Source of the DNA: a bacterium
GTDB lineage: Bacteria > Patescibacteriota > Minisyncoccia > UBA6257 > 2-01-FULL-56-20
Direction: 5' to 3'
DNA length: 55,970 nt
Assembly: GCA_021777495.1 (NCBI GenBank)
Contig: JAJYDL010000001.1
Coordinates: forward strand, 1 to 55,970
In this document: positions 9,929 through 19,476 of the stretch, one piece after another
How the letters are laid out: every line of letters starts with the position of its first letter
Position numbering within the stretch: the stretch's first letter is position 1
Notes under the pieces: model-generated
The model's input: only the letters and a program-made list of their open reading frames with translations
Databases searched by the model: none
What the model was told of the DNA's origin: nothing
Made by a program: the position numbers and the translations under genes

Positions 9929-10009
9929 TTGTCCGTATTATACCATGCCATTCTGGACAATTGTCAACTATTCTTGACACTTGACAATCCCCCGGAGCGG
10001 GCGTACCAT
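9929..10009. promoter_or_regulatory. Divergent promoters with candidate operator palindromes
   Basis: Minus-strand TGGTATAAT (9937..9945); plus-strand TTGACA-17-TACCAT (9981..10009); palindromes GACAATTGTC and TGTCAA-N6-TTGACA. Confidence 0.6.
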
Positions 10010-10076
10010 GGAAGGGTAGACAGCAAAAGGGCATTTCCTCGCGAAAAGGTCGCACAATCATCACTCACCCATCATT

Positions 10077-10175
10077 ATGAAAACCGTCCGCATGGGCAAC
10101 AACTTCATCACGTTCCTTTCCTTCAAGAGAATCCCTTCGGGCACACGGCGCGGGTTCGGCTTTTTCTTCCTCTAA
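10077..10175 (+). CDS. Putative 32-aa Phe-rich peptide
   Basis: MKTVRMGNNFITFLSFKRIPSGTRRGFGFFFL*, between a promoter and a terminator. Confidence 0.4.
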   Translation: MKTVRMGNNFITFLSFKRIPSGTRRGFGFFFL

Positions 10176-10200
10176 TCCCCGCCATGCCATCAGATTTCCG

Positions 10201-10234
10201 ATAAATCCCGCCGCACCGCCGGCGGGATTTTATT
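10201..10234 (+). terminator. Intrinsic terminator
   Basis: AAATCCCGCCG...CGGCGGGATTT followed by TATT. Confidence 0.75.
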
Positions 10235-10253
10235 CTCCGCACCCCCGCTGCAC

Positions 10254-11322
10254 CCTGCATTCTAGTTTGAATTGCAACGACCATTGAACACCTCTCGCGG
10301 AGTGCGGTAGCCGTGCCGCTTTCTTGGCCTGTCATTGAGCAGTCGGACGGCGCGGTCAATATCAGATTGTTTCACGGTAGCAAATTCCATCCCTTTCGGA
10401 AAGAACTGGCGCAAGAGTCCGTTCCAGTTCTCGTTCGATCCGCGCTCCCAGGAGTGGTAGGGGGTCGCGCGATATACTTTCATGCCGGTTTCCTCTTCAA
10501 GAAGGAGATCATAGTCCCCAAACTCGGCGCCGTTGTCGCGGGTCATCGTGCGGCGTTTCTTTTGGGGAATTTTTTTGAATCTTCTGCGGATAATCGCATG
10601 CACGTTTTCCGCAGTGACGATCTCCACCTTGTCCGCCGCACCGAACCCGCTCACACGGTCCACGTGCGTGAGCATCCGCTGCTTTTTCGTCCGGTCGATG
10701 ATAGTGTCTCCCTCCCAGTCGCCGATACGGGTACGCGCGAGGACGATCGCGGGGCGCTCCTCGATCTTCCTGATTTTCATTGCTTCCCGCTTTGCTGCGC
10801 GGGCCTTCGTGCCCCGCTTCCTCCGGTAGTTTCCTTTTTCATAACGGAGATATTTCCCAAGATCGGGCCGGTCCTCGTAGAGGAACCGGTAGATGCTTTC
10901 ATGGGAAATGACGGTCTTCTTCGCAATGCGCTTCAACCGTCCTGCGATCTGTTCCGGCGACCAGCAGTGTTCGATCCGGTCCACGATGTAGCGCCGCAAT
11001 GAAGGATCGTTCCTGATTTTCTGCGAAGTAGCTTTGGAACCCTTCCTTCGTCCCTGCGCTTTCCGATGGGCGGATGCTCCGCGGTAGATGCCATCATCAT
11101 CCTTGTTCCGTGTGATCTCGCGGCTCACCGCGCCCGGATCTTTTCCAAGCCGTTTTGCGATGACCGCCTGTGTTTTCCCGGCCCACAGGAGCTGGGCGAG
11201 TGCAATCCGGTCGTCATGAGTGAACTGGGCATGCGGCATCTCGGTGTGTATGGGTTTATATGGGTATCGATGTACCGATATTTTCCCCGAAAGAGATGTT
11301 GCAATTCAAGATTGAATTTGCG
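10254..11322 (-). mobile_element. Complete IS30-family insertion sequence (1069 bp)
   Basis: Imperfect 25-bp IRs sharing TTGAATTGCAAC; CAC duplicated at 10251..10253 and 11323..11325. Confidence 0.92.
10262..11239 (-). CDS. IS30-family transposase
   Basis: N-terminal HTH, WSPEQIAG, GDWEGDT, DNGAEF, SWERGSNENWNGLLRQFFPKG. Confidence 0.97.
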   Translation of the reverse strand: MPHAQFTHDDRIALAQLLWAGKTQAVIAKRLGKDPGAVSREITRNKDDDGIYRGASAHRKAQGRRKGSKATSQKIRNDPSLRRYIVDRIEHCWSPEQIAGRLKRIAKKTVISHESIYRFLYEDRPDLGKYLRYEKGNYRRKRGTKARAAKREAMKIRKIEERPAIVLARTRIGDWEGDTIIDRTKKQRMLTHVDRVSGFGAADKVEIVTAENVHAIIRRRFKKIPQKKRRTMTRDNGAEFGDYDLLLEEETGMKVYRATPYHSWERGSNENWNGLLRQFFPKGMEFATVKQSDIDRAVRLLNDRPRKRHGYRTPREVFNGRCNSN

Positions 11323-11432
11323 CACGGTGAATTGCATTATTTCTTATATATGATATAATATGCCCAGTGCATCGATCCGTCCCCGGAGGAAGGTCGGAAG
11401 ATCGTCCCTCATCGATGCAAGAAAGGAGGAGT

Positions 11433-11816
11433 ATGGGTTCGCACTCATATTCACCGATGGCGTACGTCCGGAGGGCGTTCGCTATCGCATACGGCGGGAT
11501 CCGCAGGATCCGCAGAGAAATACCTCTCCGGATACACTGGAAGCTGCGGATGGGGACGCCGTTCCCTACGTGCCGCAAGGAACGAAGGACGGCATTCCTG
11601 TACGCCACGCGCGTCCTGAAAAGCGTTGCGAATGCGTACGTGGGGTCGCCCGATCCCCTGATGCGGGACGTCGCCCTCGCTATGTACCGCAAGGAGCTTG
11701 CGCTCTTCCGGGACGTGCGGCTCCGTTTTAAAAAGCGGTGGGACGATCCCCGTGCGTTCCTCCAATCGCTCCGGGCCGGAGCACGGGCGAGCACACCGAT
11801 GAAAGCGTGCCGCTGA
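11433..11816 (+). CDS. Hypothetical basic protein
   Basis: TGATATAAT promoter at 11351, AGGAGG RBS, hairpin terminator 11831..11854. Confidence 0.6.
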   Translation: MGSHSYSPMAYVRRAFAIAYGGIRRIRREIPLRIHWKLRMGTPFPTCRKERRTAFLYATRVLKSVANAYVGSPDPLMRDVALAMYRKELALFRDVRLRFKKRWDDPRAFLQSLRAGARASTPMKACR

Positions 11817-11992
11817 ACCATTCGGCCTTTGCCCTGCATATCTGCGGGGCTTTTCTTATAATAGGCGCGTTTCTGAATGATAATTGCGCCTTTTGCCTGA
11901 ATATTGACAAATATATTATTATATGTAATAATTTTCCCTAGGTCCTTGAGACCCCATTCCACCGCCCCAAGGGGCAGAAAGCGAGGGCTGAG

Positions 11993-12706
11993 ATGCAGCC
12001 CATTTTCATAGCATGTACCGCAGGAGTAATGGACGGGAAGGCACGCTGCCGCAACGAACGCGGCAAGTGCTCCGTTCACGCCCGGCCAGAGTACTGGAGC
12101 CCCGCGCCGACGCCGACAGCAATTATACTGAAGGTCAACGTCAATGAGCGGTGGGAGCGCCGCCTGTTGGCCGCCGGCATCACGATCCAAACACGCACGT
12201 ACGATCGTGCACTCCAGCTCGAGGAACGCCGCGTGGCGTCCGCCTCCGCGCTCGGACGGAATGCATATTCCGTTCGGGAGTTGTCAGGGCGTGACAGTCA
12301 CCACACCCCGGAATCAGCCGACACGGGATGTCCCGTGTTCGGGAAGGCCGGACTTTCAGAAATGAAAGTCTCAGTGAAGGACCTTGTCGACGAGTTCTTC
12401 GCCGCAGGATTTGTGCTCACGGGAGCGCATCTTCTGCGGCGAGAGCACAAGCCGCCGGTGCGGCTGGTGCTCGAATTCTCCCGGCCATCGTCAAAGCCGG
12501 AGCTTGTCCGTTTTCCTTGGAGTACCGTTCACGAGCTCCTCGCGACGACATTCGACCAGATTGACGTCTGGGCGAACGAAACTGCGGCCGACGGTAAAAC
12601 GGTGCACACCGTGAACTGCGGCCGGCGCGCGGACGGGGCCGCGCCCAAACTCCGTCTGCGGTATGCAGGCGGAATGTGGGAGGTCCAAGAGGTTGCAGTT
12701 TCTTAA
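11993..12706 (+). CDS. Hypothetical protein
   Basis: 237-aa ORF; TTGACA in AT-rich upstream region (11904); hairpin terminator about 12716..12757. Confidence 0.7.
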   Translation: MQPIFIACTAGVMDGKARCRNERGKCSVHARPEYWSPAPTPTAIILKVNVNERWERRLLAAGITIQTRTYDRALQLEERRVASASALGRNAYSVRELSGRDSHHTPESADTGCPVFGKAGLSEMKVSVKDLVDEFFAAGFVLTGAHLLRREHKPPVRLVLEFSRPSSKPELVRFPWSTVHELLATTFDQIDVWANETAADGKTVHTVNCGRRADGAAPKLRLRYAGGMWEVQEVAVS

Positions 12707-12823
12707 GCTTCTATCAAGGGCCGTCATTGCGCATGCAATGCCGGCCCTTCACTTTTTATATATTCCTTTATTTATCCGCCGCGGCGGCGCCTCGGATGCT
12801 CGCGCGTATCCGCCTTATCCGTC

Positions 12824-14260
12824 TTACTCCCCTCCCTCACCCGCATCAATATCCGCCTGGCGCCGCTCGAGCACCGTCCTGAACCGCGCGAGCACGGGCG
12901 CAAGCGTACCATCCCCGAGGATCGCCTTCGGATCGACGCTCTCCATGGAAATGCCCGGCACCGCAGGAAGTCCCGATGCGAGGGAGAACATATTCATAAG
13001 GAAGCTTGTGGCATACGATCCCTTCGGAAGGAAGAACGATACCGCCCCCACATTCCCTTCGAACGATGCCTTGCGGACATCCACGCTCTGCAGCGTCACG
13101 CACCGCCGCGATTCCACCCTCACGAACGGGAAATCCCTCCAGGAACGCGCGGGGAGCGAAACGGCGTCCCTCTCCAGATATTCCGCATAGGGCCTCCAGT
13201 CCGCCTTGTCGAACGAGGTGAGGAACGGCAGCTCGAGCGGCACCTCGCCGGAGCGGATGAGCGCCGAAAGTTTTTCATTGAAGAGGAGGCTGTCGTATGC
13301 ATAGAACCAAAGCCGCACCTGGTCCGGCACTTCGTGCAGCGCACCGAGAAAGTCGTCCGGCCTCTCGATGAGGCGCGCCATGAACGTCCGCTCTATCCCG
13401 AAATGATACGGGAACCGGTCGAGCATCTCCCGGATCGCTCCCCAGTCGCCCCATCGCTCTTCCGCATCCTTCCGGATCGCCGCGAAGTACGGCAGCTCTC
13501 GCGGAGCGCGGTGCGTGACGAACATCTTCACGACCTCGCCGTATTTCCCCTGCACGAGAAGGCGGCCGAGTTCGTGCGCGATGAGCCTCGGCGTGCCGAA
13601 GCGCTGAAGATAGAAAAAGTTCCAGAACCCCTCCTCCTTCGCGATCGCAAGCTGCTCTTCCACGAAGGCCTTCGCCGTCCCCGAGAGCGGCTCCGCGAAC
13701 CTGAGCGCGATCGTGAACTCGTTCCCTTTGAGATCCCCGTTCGCCACAACCCCCTTCCCCCTTCGGATATCCCGCAGAAAAAAATTCTCCTCGTTCACGC
13801 GCGAAAGCGCGCCTCCGTCCGCAAGCCCCCGGATGCTGATCGCCTGCGCCGTAAGCGCAAGCCGGTCCTTCACGCCCGCGAACCCGATGTTCCTGCCCTC
13901 GATCCCCAGCGCATGCGCAAGCCGGTCCTTCGCTTCGAGGGTGGATACTCCCACCTTCACAAGGTCCGCATAGTACGTATTCCCCTCCGCCTCCTCGGCC
14001 GGTACGGCAGCCGCATCTTCCTTCGCCGCCGCGGCACGCACCTTTCCCTCGCGGTCCATCTCCTCCACGATGAAGTCCTGCGGCATCAGTTTCAGGTACG
14101 CCACCGGCCTTCCCTCCGGCAGGCCGCCGATGCCCACCGCACGAAGCACCTCATCGTCATCGATCATCGGCGGCCGTACGAAAAGCTCCGGCGCGTTCCT
14201 TCGCTCCGTTTCAAAGAGCGCCCGTTCGCGCTCACGCTCCTCGTCCGTGATCCTCAGCAT
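12824..14260 (-). CDS. truD: tRNA pseudouridine(13) synthase TruD
   Basis: PQDFIVEE, GFAGVKDRLALTAQ, GDLKGNEFTI, NFFYLQRFG, FFLPKGSYAT. Confidence 0.93.
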   Translation of the reverse strand: MLRITDEERERERALFETERRNAPELFVRPPMIDDDEVLRAVGIGGLPEGRPVAYLKLMPQDFIVEEMDREGKVRAAAAKEDAAAVPAEEAEGNTYYADLVKVGVSTLEAKDRLAHALGIEGRNIGFAGVKDRLALTAQAISIRGLADGGALSRVNEENFFLRDIRRGKGVVANGDLKGNEFTIALRFAEPLSGTAKAFVEEQLAIAKEEGFWNFFYLQRFGTPRLIAHELGRLLVQGKYGEVVKMFVTHRAPRELPYFAAIRKDAEERWGDWGAIREMLDRFPYHFGIERTFMARLIERPDDFLGALHEVPDQVRLWFYAYDSLLFNEKLSALIRSGEVPLELPFLTSFDKADWRPYAEYLERDAVSLPARSWRDFPFVRVESRRCVTLQSVDVRKASFEGNVGAVSFFLPKGSYATSFLMNMFSLASGLPAVPGISMESVDPKAILGDGTLAPVLARFRTVLERRQADIDAGEGGE

Positions 14261-14283
14261 CAAGGGAATTATCGCACAATGCG

Positions 14284-15204
14284 TTATTTCTCAAAAATAA
14301 AAAGATGGTGGATGTCGCGGATGGTCGGCTGATCGTAGCCGAGATCCTCGGATTTTGTGACCCGCCATCCGTGCGCCTTGAATCGCTCCTCCCATCCGCT
14401 CGGCGTTTCGTAGGTTCCGGGGACCGGAACGTCGGCATTATGGAAAAGGCGGTTGTACAAATAATCGTTTGCGAACGTCCGCTCGGCGTCTTTCTTTATC
14501 TCTTCCTCATTATCGCCCGTCGGCACGGTTTCGATGACGACGAGCTTCTTTGCCGTGATCCTTGAAAGCTCTTCGAGGATCATCCCGTTGTTCCTCTCGT
14601 GATGCGCAACGTTCGTCATGAGCGCGGCCTCGTATGCGCCGTCGGCTGCATCGACGCGCGTGCCGTCAAGGATCTTCACGGGAACCGTCACGCCGGGCGC
14701 CTTATAGTCCCGTACGTCGCCGCCCTCTACGTCGAGGTGCAGTTCGGTATCGTCATGCAGGCGCTGCGCGACCTGGCCGTCGCCCGTGCCGTAATCGAAA
14801 ACTTTTCCTTTGACGCCGGCGAAATGGGGGCGCACCTGCGACGCGATCAGTTCCGCGCGGCCCTTCAGTTTCTCGTGGAGAACGTCCACGAGATTCTTCT
14901 TTTTGCCTTCCCCGTCCTCTATATAGATTGCATTGAACCGCTCGAGTATTTTCGCCTCGATCGAATCAAGCCGTCCTTCGCCGGAGAGCGCCGCGATCAC
15001 TTCGCCGCACAGTTCCTGCGCGGCGGCATCGTCCAGGCCCAGCTGCTTGAATGTGTACGCGAAATCATCTTCGATCTTCTCTTTGGTTTCGGGGTCGCCG
15101 AACGCCTCGATGAGGCGCTCCTTCATGGTATTCAATTCCTCCGCCTTCTCCGGGGCAACATCCGCTTCATTTGAGGGGATGCGGTCGGGATTATAGGTAT
15201 CCAT
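14284..15204 (-). CDS. Class I SAM-dependent methyltransferase
   Basis: VFDYGTGDG motif I; NVAHH. Confidence 0.85.
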   Translation of the reverse strand: MDTYNPDRIPSNEADVAPEKAEELNTMKERLIEAFGDPETKEKIEDDFAYTFKQLGLDDAAAQELCGEVIAALSGEGRLDSIEAKILERFNAIYIEDGEGKKKNLVDVLHEKLKGRAELIASQVRPHFAGVKGKVFDYGTGDGQVAQRLHDDTELHLDVEGGDVRDYKAPGVTVPVKILDGTRVDAADGAYEAALMTNVAHHERNNGMILEELSRITAKKLVVIETVPTGDNEEEIKKDAERTFANDYLYNRLFHNADVPVPGTYETPSGWEERFKAHGWRVTKSEDLGYDQPTIRDIHHLFIFEK

Positions 15205-15258
15205 AAGGGGTGATATGCCTAGTATAACAGCCCGCATCTTTCACTGCACGCATAATGC

Positions 15259-15280
15259 TCTGTGCTCTCGGCAGGAATCG
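15259..15280 (-). repeat. 22-bp direct copy of the tRNA-Arg 3' end (att-like)
   Basis: TCTGTGCTCTCGGCAGGAATCG identical to 15423..15444. Confidence 0.9.
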
Positions 15281-15387
15281 CCCGCGAGTCCCGCACTCGC
15301 CGCCGCTCGTGCGGGCTCTGGGCACCGCCTCACCGATTTTCGCTGCTGCGAAAATCGGCTCCGGCGTTCGATTCCCTCCATAAGCTA

Positions 15388-15423
15388 AAACAAAAAGAGA
15401 CCTTTTCGGATCTCTTTTTGTTT
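15388..15423 (-). terminator. Terminator after tRNA-Arg
   Basis: AAACAAAAAGAGA...TCTCTTTTTGTTT. Confidence 0.75.
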
Positions 15424-15426
15424 CTG

Positions 15427-15498
15427 TGCTCTCGGCAGGAATCGAACCTGCATCTTCTCCTTCGGAGGGAGATGTTCTATCCATTGGACTACGAGAGC
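15427..15498 (-). tRNA. tRNA-Arg(CCG)
   Basis: Cloverleaf GCTCTCG...; anticodon arm TCTCC-CTCCGAA-GGAGA; T loop GGTTCGATTCC; CCA not encoded. Confidence 0.95.
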
Positions 15499-15544
15499 GC
15501 CGTACGGGCTTCTCTGCGGCATGCCGCACGCCCCACGCCGCTTA

Positions 15545-16720
15545 CTAATGTACTACAAACGAGGCGATCTCGTAAACCGCGGCGGCCACGAAGACCGCGG
15601 CGGCAAGATCGAGAAACACCTTTTCGATGCGCCCCAAGGACAAGGCCCGGCGGCCCACGGAAATGATGAGGAGGTATTGCACCGCGAGGAATACGCCGCC
15701 CACAATACCCACGACGACGAGGAAATCCCTGAGCCCGAACCCGATGAGCGCCGGGGGGACGAACATGATGACCGCGCGGACGAATCCCTTGTTCCAGCCG
15801 AGGTCTTTTTCAAGCGAATTCCGGATCTCGCGCGAAATGGGGATATATGCCGTCCCCACCGCGATGAGCCCCATGAGCGCTCCCACCTCGCGCTCCCAGA
15901 GCGGCCATCCCGCGAGGCCCGATGCGGTGTCCGGCGTGACCACGGGAGCGGACCCGAGAATGCCCGCGGAAAAAAGCGCGTAGAGGAGCGCCGCAAAGAA
16001 CGTGCCCTGTGCAAGCGCCGCCCACGGGATGCGCTCCTTCGATGACGAAGGCCTCGGGGCCGGCATTCCCGTACGCTCCGCCTCCTCCGCCGCAGCCGCG
16101 CGCCGCGCCTCATAGACGGTCTCTATCCCCGTCCATCCCGCAAGGGAAAAAAGCACCGCGCCGAACGGAAGGAACAGATAGTGCGGGTCCCATGGCGGTG
16201 CGCCCGCAAAGAGCGCGCCTCCCGACAGGATCCCGGGGAATGCCGCGGAGAACATCGCGATCACCGCCGCCGCGGTGGCGGTGATACCCGCGAGCTCGAG
16301 CTCCCGCGCGTAACGGTTCGTAAGAAAGAGCGGGACGGAAATGAGCGCCCAGAACGCCACGAACGCGAACCGCCACGACACCCCGGGAAACGCGAGGCGC
16401 ACGAACTCCGCGCCGAGGAGCAGATAGGCGAGGAGCGTAAGAAGCAGGCCGCCGACGATCGCGGCGAGCGCGGTCCAGAACCCTTCCCGGCCGAAATACG
16501 TCCGCGCAAGGCCCACAAGCCTTTTCTTTTCCTCCTCCTTCTCGAGCGTTTCAAGATAGACGCGGTGCGCGAGCACCACGATCGCTCCGAGCACCGCGAA
16601 GTAGCAGAGCGCCACGAACCATCCCGCGCGCATGAACACGTAGGGAAGGGCGAATATCCCATCCCCCACCGTTGCGGCCGTCACAAGGGCCGCCATCTCG
16701 AGCCGCTTCATCGAGGCCAT
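15545..16720 (-). CDS. Aromatic amino acid permease-family transporter
   Basis: ATVGDGIFALPYVF motif; about 11 TM segments. Confidence 0.85.
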   Translation of the reverse strand: MASMKRLEMAALVTAATVGDGIFALPYVFMRAGWFVALCYFAVLGAIVVLAHRVYLETLEKEEEKKRLVGLARTYFGREGFWTALAAIVGGLLLTLLAYLLLGAEFVRLAFPGVSWRFAFVAFWALISVPLFLTNRYARELELAGITATAAAVIAMFSAAFPGILSGGALFAGAPPWDPHYLFLPFGAVLFSLAGWTGIETVYEARRAAAAEEAERTGMPAPRPSSSKERIPWAALAQGTFFAALLYALFSAGILGSAPVVTPDTASGLAGWPLWEREVGALMGLIAVGTAYIPISREIRNSLEKDLGWNKGFVRAVIMFVPPALIGFGLRDFLVVVGIVGGVFLAVQYLLIISVGRRALSLGRIEKVFLDLAAAVFVAAAVYEIASFVVH

Positions 16721-16734
16721 TGGCGCATCCCCCG

Positions 16735-17412
16735 TTATCCGTTCGCGCGCCGCGCGAACAGCTTCGCTTCGTCCACCAATATATCCTTCTCGTCCTGGCG
16801 CACGCGGGCAAGCACTTTTCTCACGAGGGATTCCGGATCGGGATCGAACGTCACTTTGCCCATGCCGCGATGCGCGATCTTCAGGATCTTCTCGATCTCA
16901 TCGCTCTCTCCGCCGCTTCCGGTGAGCACCCCCTGGGGCTTCTGGTCCTCGAACGCGATCGTGAACTCATTCAGGGTTCCCACCCGTCCGAACACCGTGA
17001 TCACCGCATCCGAGGAACGGATAAGAAGAAGGTTCCTGCCGGAATAATCGAATCCCGTATAGATGATGAGGTCGTGATACTCGACGGGAAGGCGATAGGT
17101 CTTCACGTGCGCGATCTTCGATACCGCGGGAGAAAGGCCGATCACGATGCCGCCCGCCTCCTTTGCCCCTTTTGCGGCCCAGTACGGCACGCCGGTCGTC
17201 GCGCCCGTCACGAGCACCGCCCCCTGCTTCGCCACCTGACGCCCCACCTCCATCGCCTTTTCAATCGTTCCCGGAGGCGCATAGGTCGTATCCGCCGCGC
17301 CCGAGATGCACACCTTGAACTTGAGATGCGCCTTTCCGAGCTCCGAAAGCGGTTTCTTTTTCTTTACCGCACCCCTCCCTTCTTTTCCGCTTCCGCTTTT
17401 CGCATTTGCCAT
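16735..17412 (-). CDS. LOG/SLOG family protein
   Basis: LVTGATTGVP, GRNLLLIRSSDAVI, GRVGTLNE. Confidence 0.85.
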   Translation of the reverse strand: MANAKSGSGKEGRGAVKKKKPLSELGKAHLKFKVCISGAADTTYAPPGTIEKAMEVGRQVAKQGAVLVTGATTGVPYWAAKGAKEAGGIVIGLSPAVSKIAHVKTYRLPVEYHDLIIYTGFDYSGRNLLLIRSSDAVITVFGRVGTLNEFTIAFEDQKPQGVLTGSGGESDEIEKILKIAHRGMGKVTFDPDPESLVRKVLARVRQDEKDILVDEAKLFARRANG

Positions 17413-17499
17413 CGTTATAAGGGTAATTTTTTTATTTGCGCTTTTTTATGATCGGCTTCGCTATTCGTGCCGTAGTGCCATCGCCCCCTGCGGACCGGA

Positions 17500-18870
17500 T
17501 CAAAGCACCACTTCTTCCCCGGGCGCGGGCACCTCCGCGGCAACCCCGAACCGTTCGGTGATCTTCCCCGCGAGCGCCGCGGACGAGGGTCCCTCGCCCT
17601 GCACCACGAACGCCTTTTTGAGGTGCGGCATGCCGCCCACCCAGTCGAGGAGATGCGGCTGATCGGCATGGGCGGAATAACCGGGAATGTCCACCCGCTT
17701 TGCCCGCACCGGGATCGTCTCGCCGAAAATCCTCACCTCCTCCGCTCCCGCGAGAAGCTGCCGGCCCATCGATCCCTCGGCCTGATAGCCGACGAACACG
17801 ATCGTGCTGTTCGGATCCGGAAGATAGCGCATTTCGTGATGGAGGATGCGGCCGCCGTTCGACATGCCCGATCCCGCAATGATGATCTTGGGCGGTTTCA
17901 CGTCGTTTATCTCCTTCGATTGTTCGGTCGTGAGCGTGAGCCGGAGGCCCGGGAAATTGAGGATGTCGTCGCCCGTGCGGGCGATGGCCTGTTCAAGCGC
18001 GTCATTGAAATAATCCTCGTGCTTCTTGTAGACCGCCGTCAGCCTGATCGCAAGCGGGCTGTCGATGAACACGGGCACGCGGGGGATCTCGTTCGCCCGG
18101 AACATCTGGTGGAGCTGGAAGAGGAGGTCCTGCGTGCGCTCCATTGCGAACGCCGGGATCATGAGCGTACCTCCCGCGCGAACGGTCTCGATGATCGCGT
18201 TCCGGAGGAGCTCCTGCCGGCGGCCGACATCCTCATGCACCCGGTCGCCGTAGGTCGATTCCACGAGGCAATACTCCGCGTCCGGCACCGTCTCCGTCGG
18301 CCTGATGATCGGCGCGGGAGAGTTCCCGAGATCGCCCGAGAACGCGATCGTCTTCCCTTCCGCTTCGGCGCGCACATGCACGATCGCCGAACCGAGGATA
18401 TGCCCCGCATCGTAGAGCTCCACGGTGAACGCCGGCTTCTCCCCCGATCCGCCCACCGTCACCTTCTCGTGATAGCGTACTCCCTTCCACTGCCGCATCA
18501 CCTCCCCTATCTCCACGTTGTTGTAAAGCGGCGGCCGTCCCTCGCGCTTCGCCTCGTCCTTCAGGAGATGTTCCGAATCGATGAGCATGAGCTCCGCGAA
18601 ATCCTCGGTGGCCGTCGTCGCGTAGATCGGCCCCCGGTATCCCGCCTTCACAAGGGACGGCAGCCGTCCGATGTGGTCCAAATGGGAATGCGTGATGAAC
18701 ACCGCCGCGATCTCCTTCACGTCGTACGGAAACGGCTCGAAGTTCTCCCGCTCGGCATAGTGGCTTCCCTGATGGAGGCCGCAGTCGATCATTATCTTCG
18801 TACCTTCCGATTCAAGCACGTAATTCGCGCCGGTCGCCTCGCCGCAGCCTCCGTAAAAGGTGAGTTTCAT
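17500..18870 (-). CDS. MBL-fold beta-CASP metallo-hydrolase (RNase)
   Basis: THSHLDHIG, AGHILGS, ESTYG, YSAHAD. Confidence 0.93.
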   Translation of the reverse strand: MKLTFYGGCGEATGANYVLESEGTKIMIDCGLHQGSHYAERENFEPFPYDVKEIAAVFITHSHLDHIGRLPSLVKAGYRGPIYATTATEDFAELMLIDSEHLLKDEAKREGRPPLYNNVEIGEVMRQWKGVRYHEKVTVGGSGEKPAFTVELYDAGHILGSAIVHVRAEAEGKTIAFSGDLGNSPAPIIRPTETVPDAEYCLVESTYGDRVHEDVGRRQELLRNAIIETVRAGGTLMIPAFAMERTQDLLFQLHQMFRANEIPRVPVFIDSPLAIRLTAVYKKHEDYFNDALEQAIARTGDDILNFPGLRLTLTTEQSKEINDVKPPKIIIAGSGMSNGGRILHHEMRYLPDPNSTIVFVGYQAEGSMGRQLLAGAEEVRIFGETIPVRAKRVDIPGYSAHADQPHLLDWVGGMPHLKKAFVVQGEGPSSAALAGKITERFGVAAEVPAPGEEVVL

Positions 18871-18936
18871 ATGGAAATTATACCACGGACGGCGCATCCG
18901 CAGGGCCGGGCCGCAGGCGCATCCCTCGCGCCGCCT

Positions 18937-19461
18937 TCAGCCTCTCTTCAGGAGTTCCTCCCTCCCCATGATGCTCCCCATGTCCGTCATGCGGTCGAGG
19001 AACACCTTCCCCTCGAGATGGTCGTACTCGTGCTGGATGATGCGCGCAAGGAGGCCTTCCGCGCGAAGGACGAACTTTTTCCCATCGAGTCCCCGGGCGG
19101 ATACCGTCACCGCGTGGGCGCGGCGCACGATCCCGAAAAGCCCCGCATAGGCGACGCTCCCGCATCCCTCGTAATCCGCAACGCGCCTTTTCGACACCTT
19201 AAGGATCTTCGGATTGACGAAGACCCTTACGGGATCCGCACCGCCCCGCCGCCGCGTATCCGTCGTACGGATCTCCGTGACGAAGATCCTCGTATTGATG
19301 CCTATCTGGGGCGCCGCCATCCCCACAAGGCCGTGATGCCGCATGGAATCCACAAGATCGCGCGCGATTTTTTTCGTGGAGGCCGCCGCGACCGACGCCA
19401 CCGGTGCGGACTTCGTCCGTATCGCGGGATCGCCTATCTGCACCGCACGTTTCACCGCCAT
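18937..19461 (-). CDS. def: Peptide deformylase
   Basis: GMAAPQIG, EGCGS, QHEYDHLEG. Confidence 0.95.
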   Translation of the reverse strand: MAVKRAVQIGDPAIRTKSAPVASVAAASTKKIARDLVDSMRHHGLVGMAAPQIGINTRIFVTEIRTTDTRRRGGADPVRVFVNPKILKVSKRRVADYEGCGSVAYAGLFGIVRRAHAVTVSARGLDGKKFVLRAEGLLARIIQHEYDHLEGKVFLDRMTDMGSIMGREELLKRG

Positions 19462-19476
19462 CGCTATTCGTGTTCG

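Noticed and set aside
1..11322. Composite transposon
   Set aside because: The cargo is core housekeeping genes and the right copy has its own target duplication, indicating independent insertion
15259..15387. Second tRNA gene
   Set aside because: Only the T-arm/acceptor 3' fragment is present; no D arm or anticodon arm
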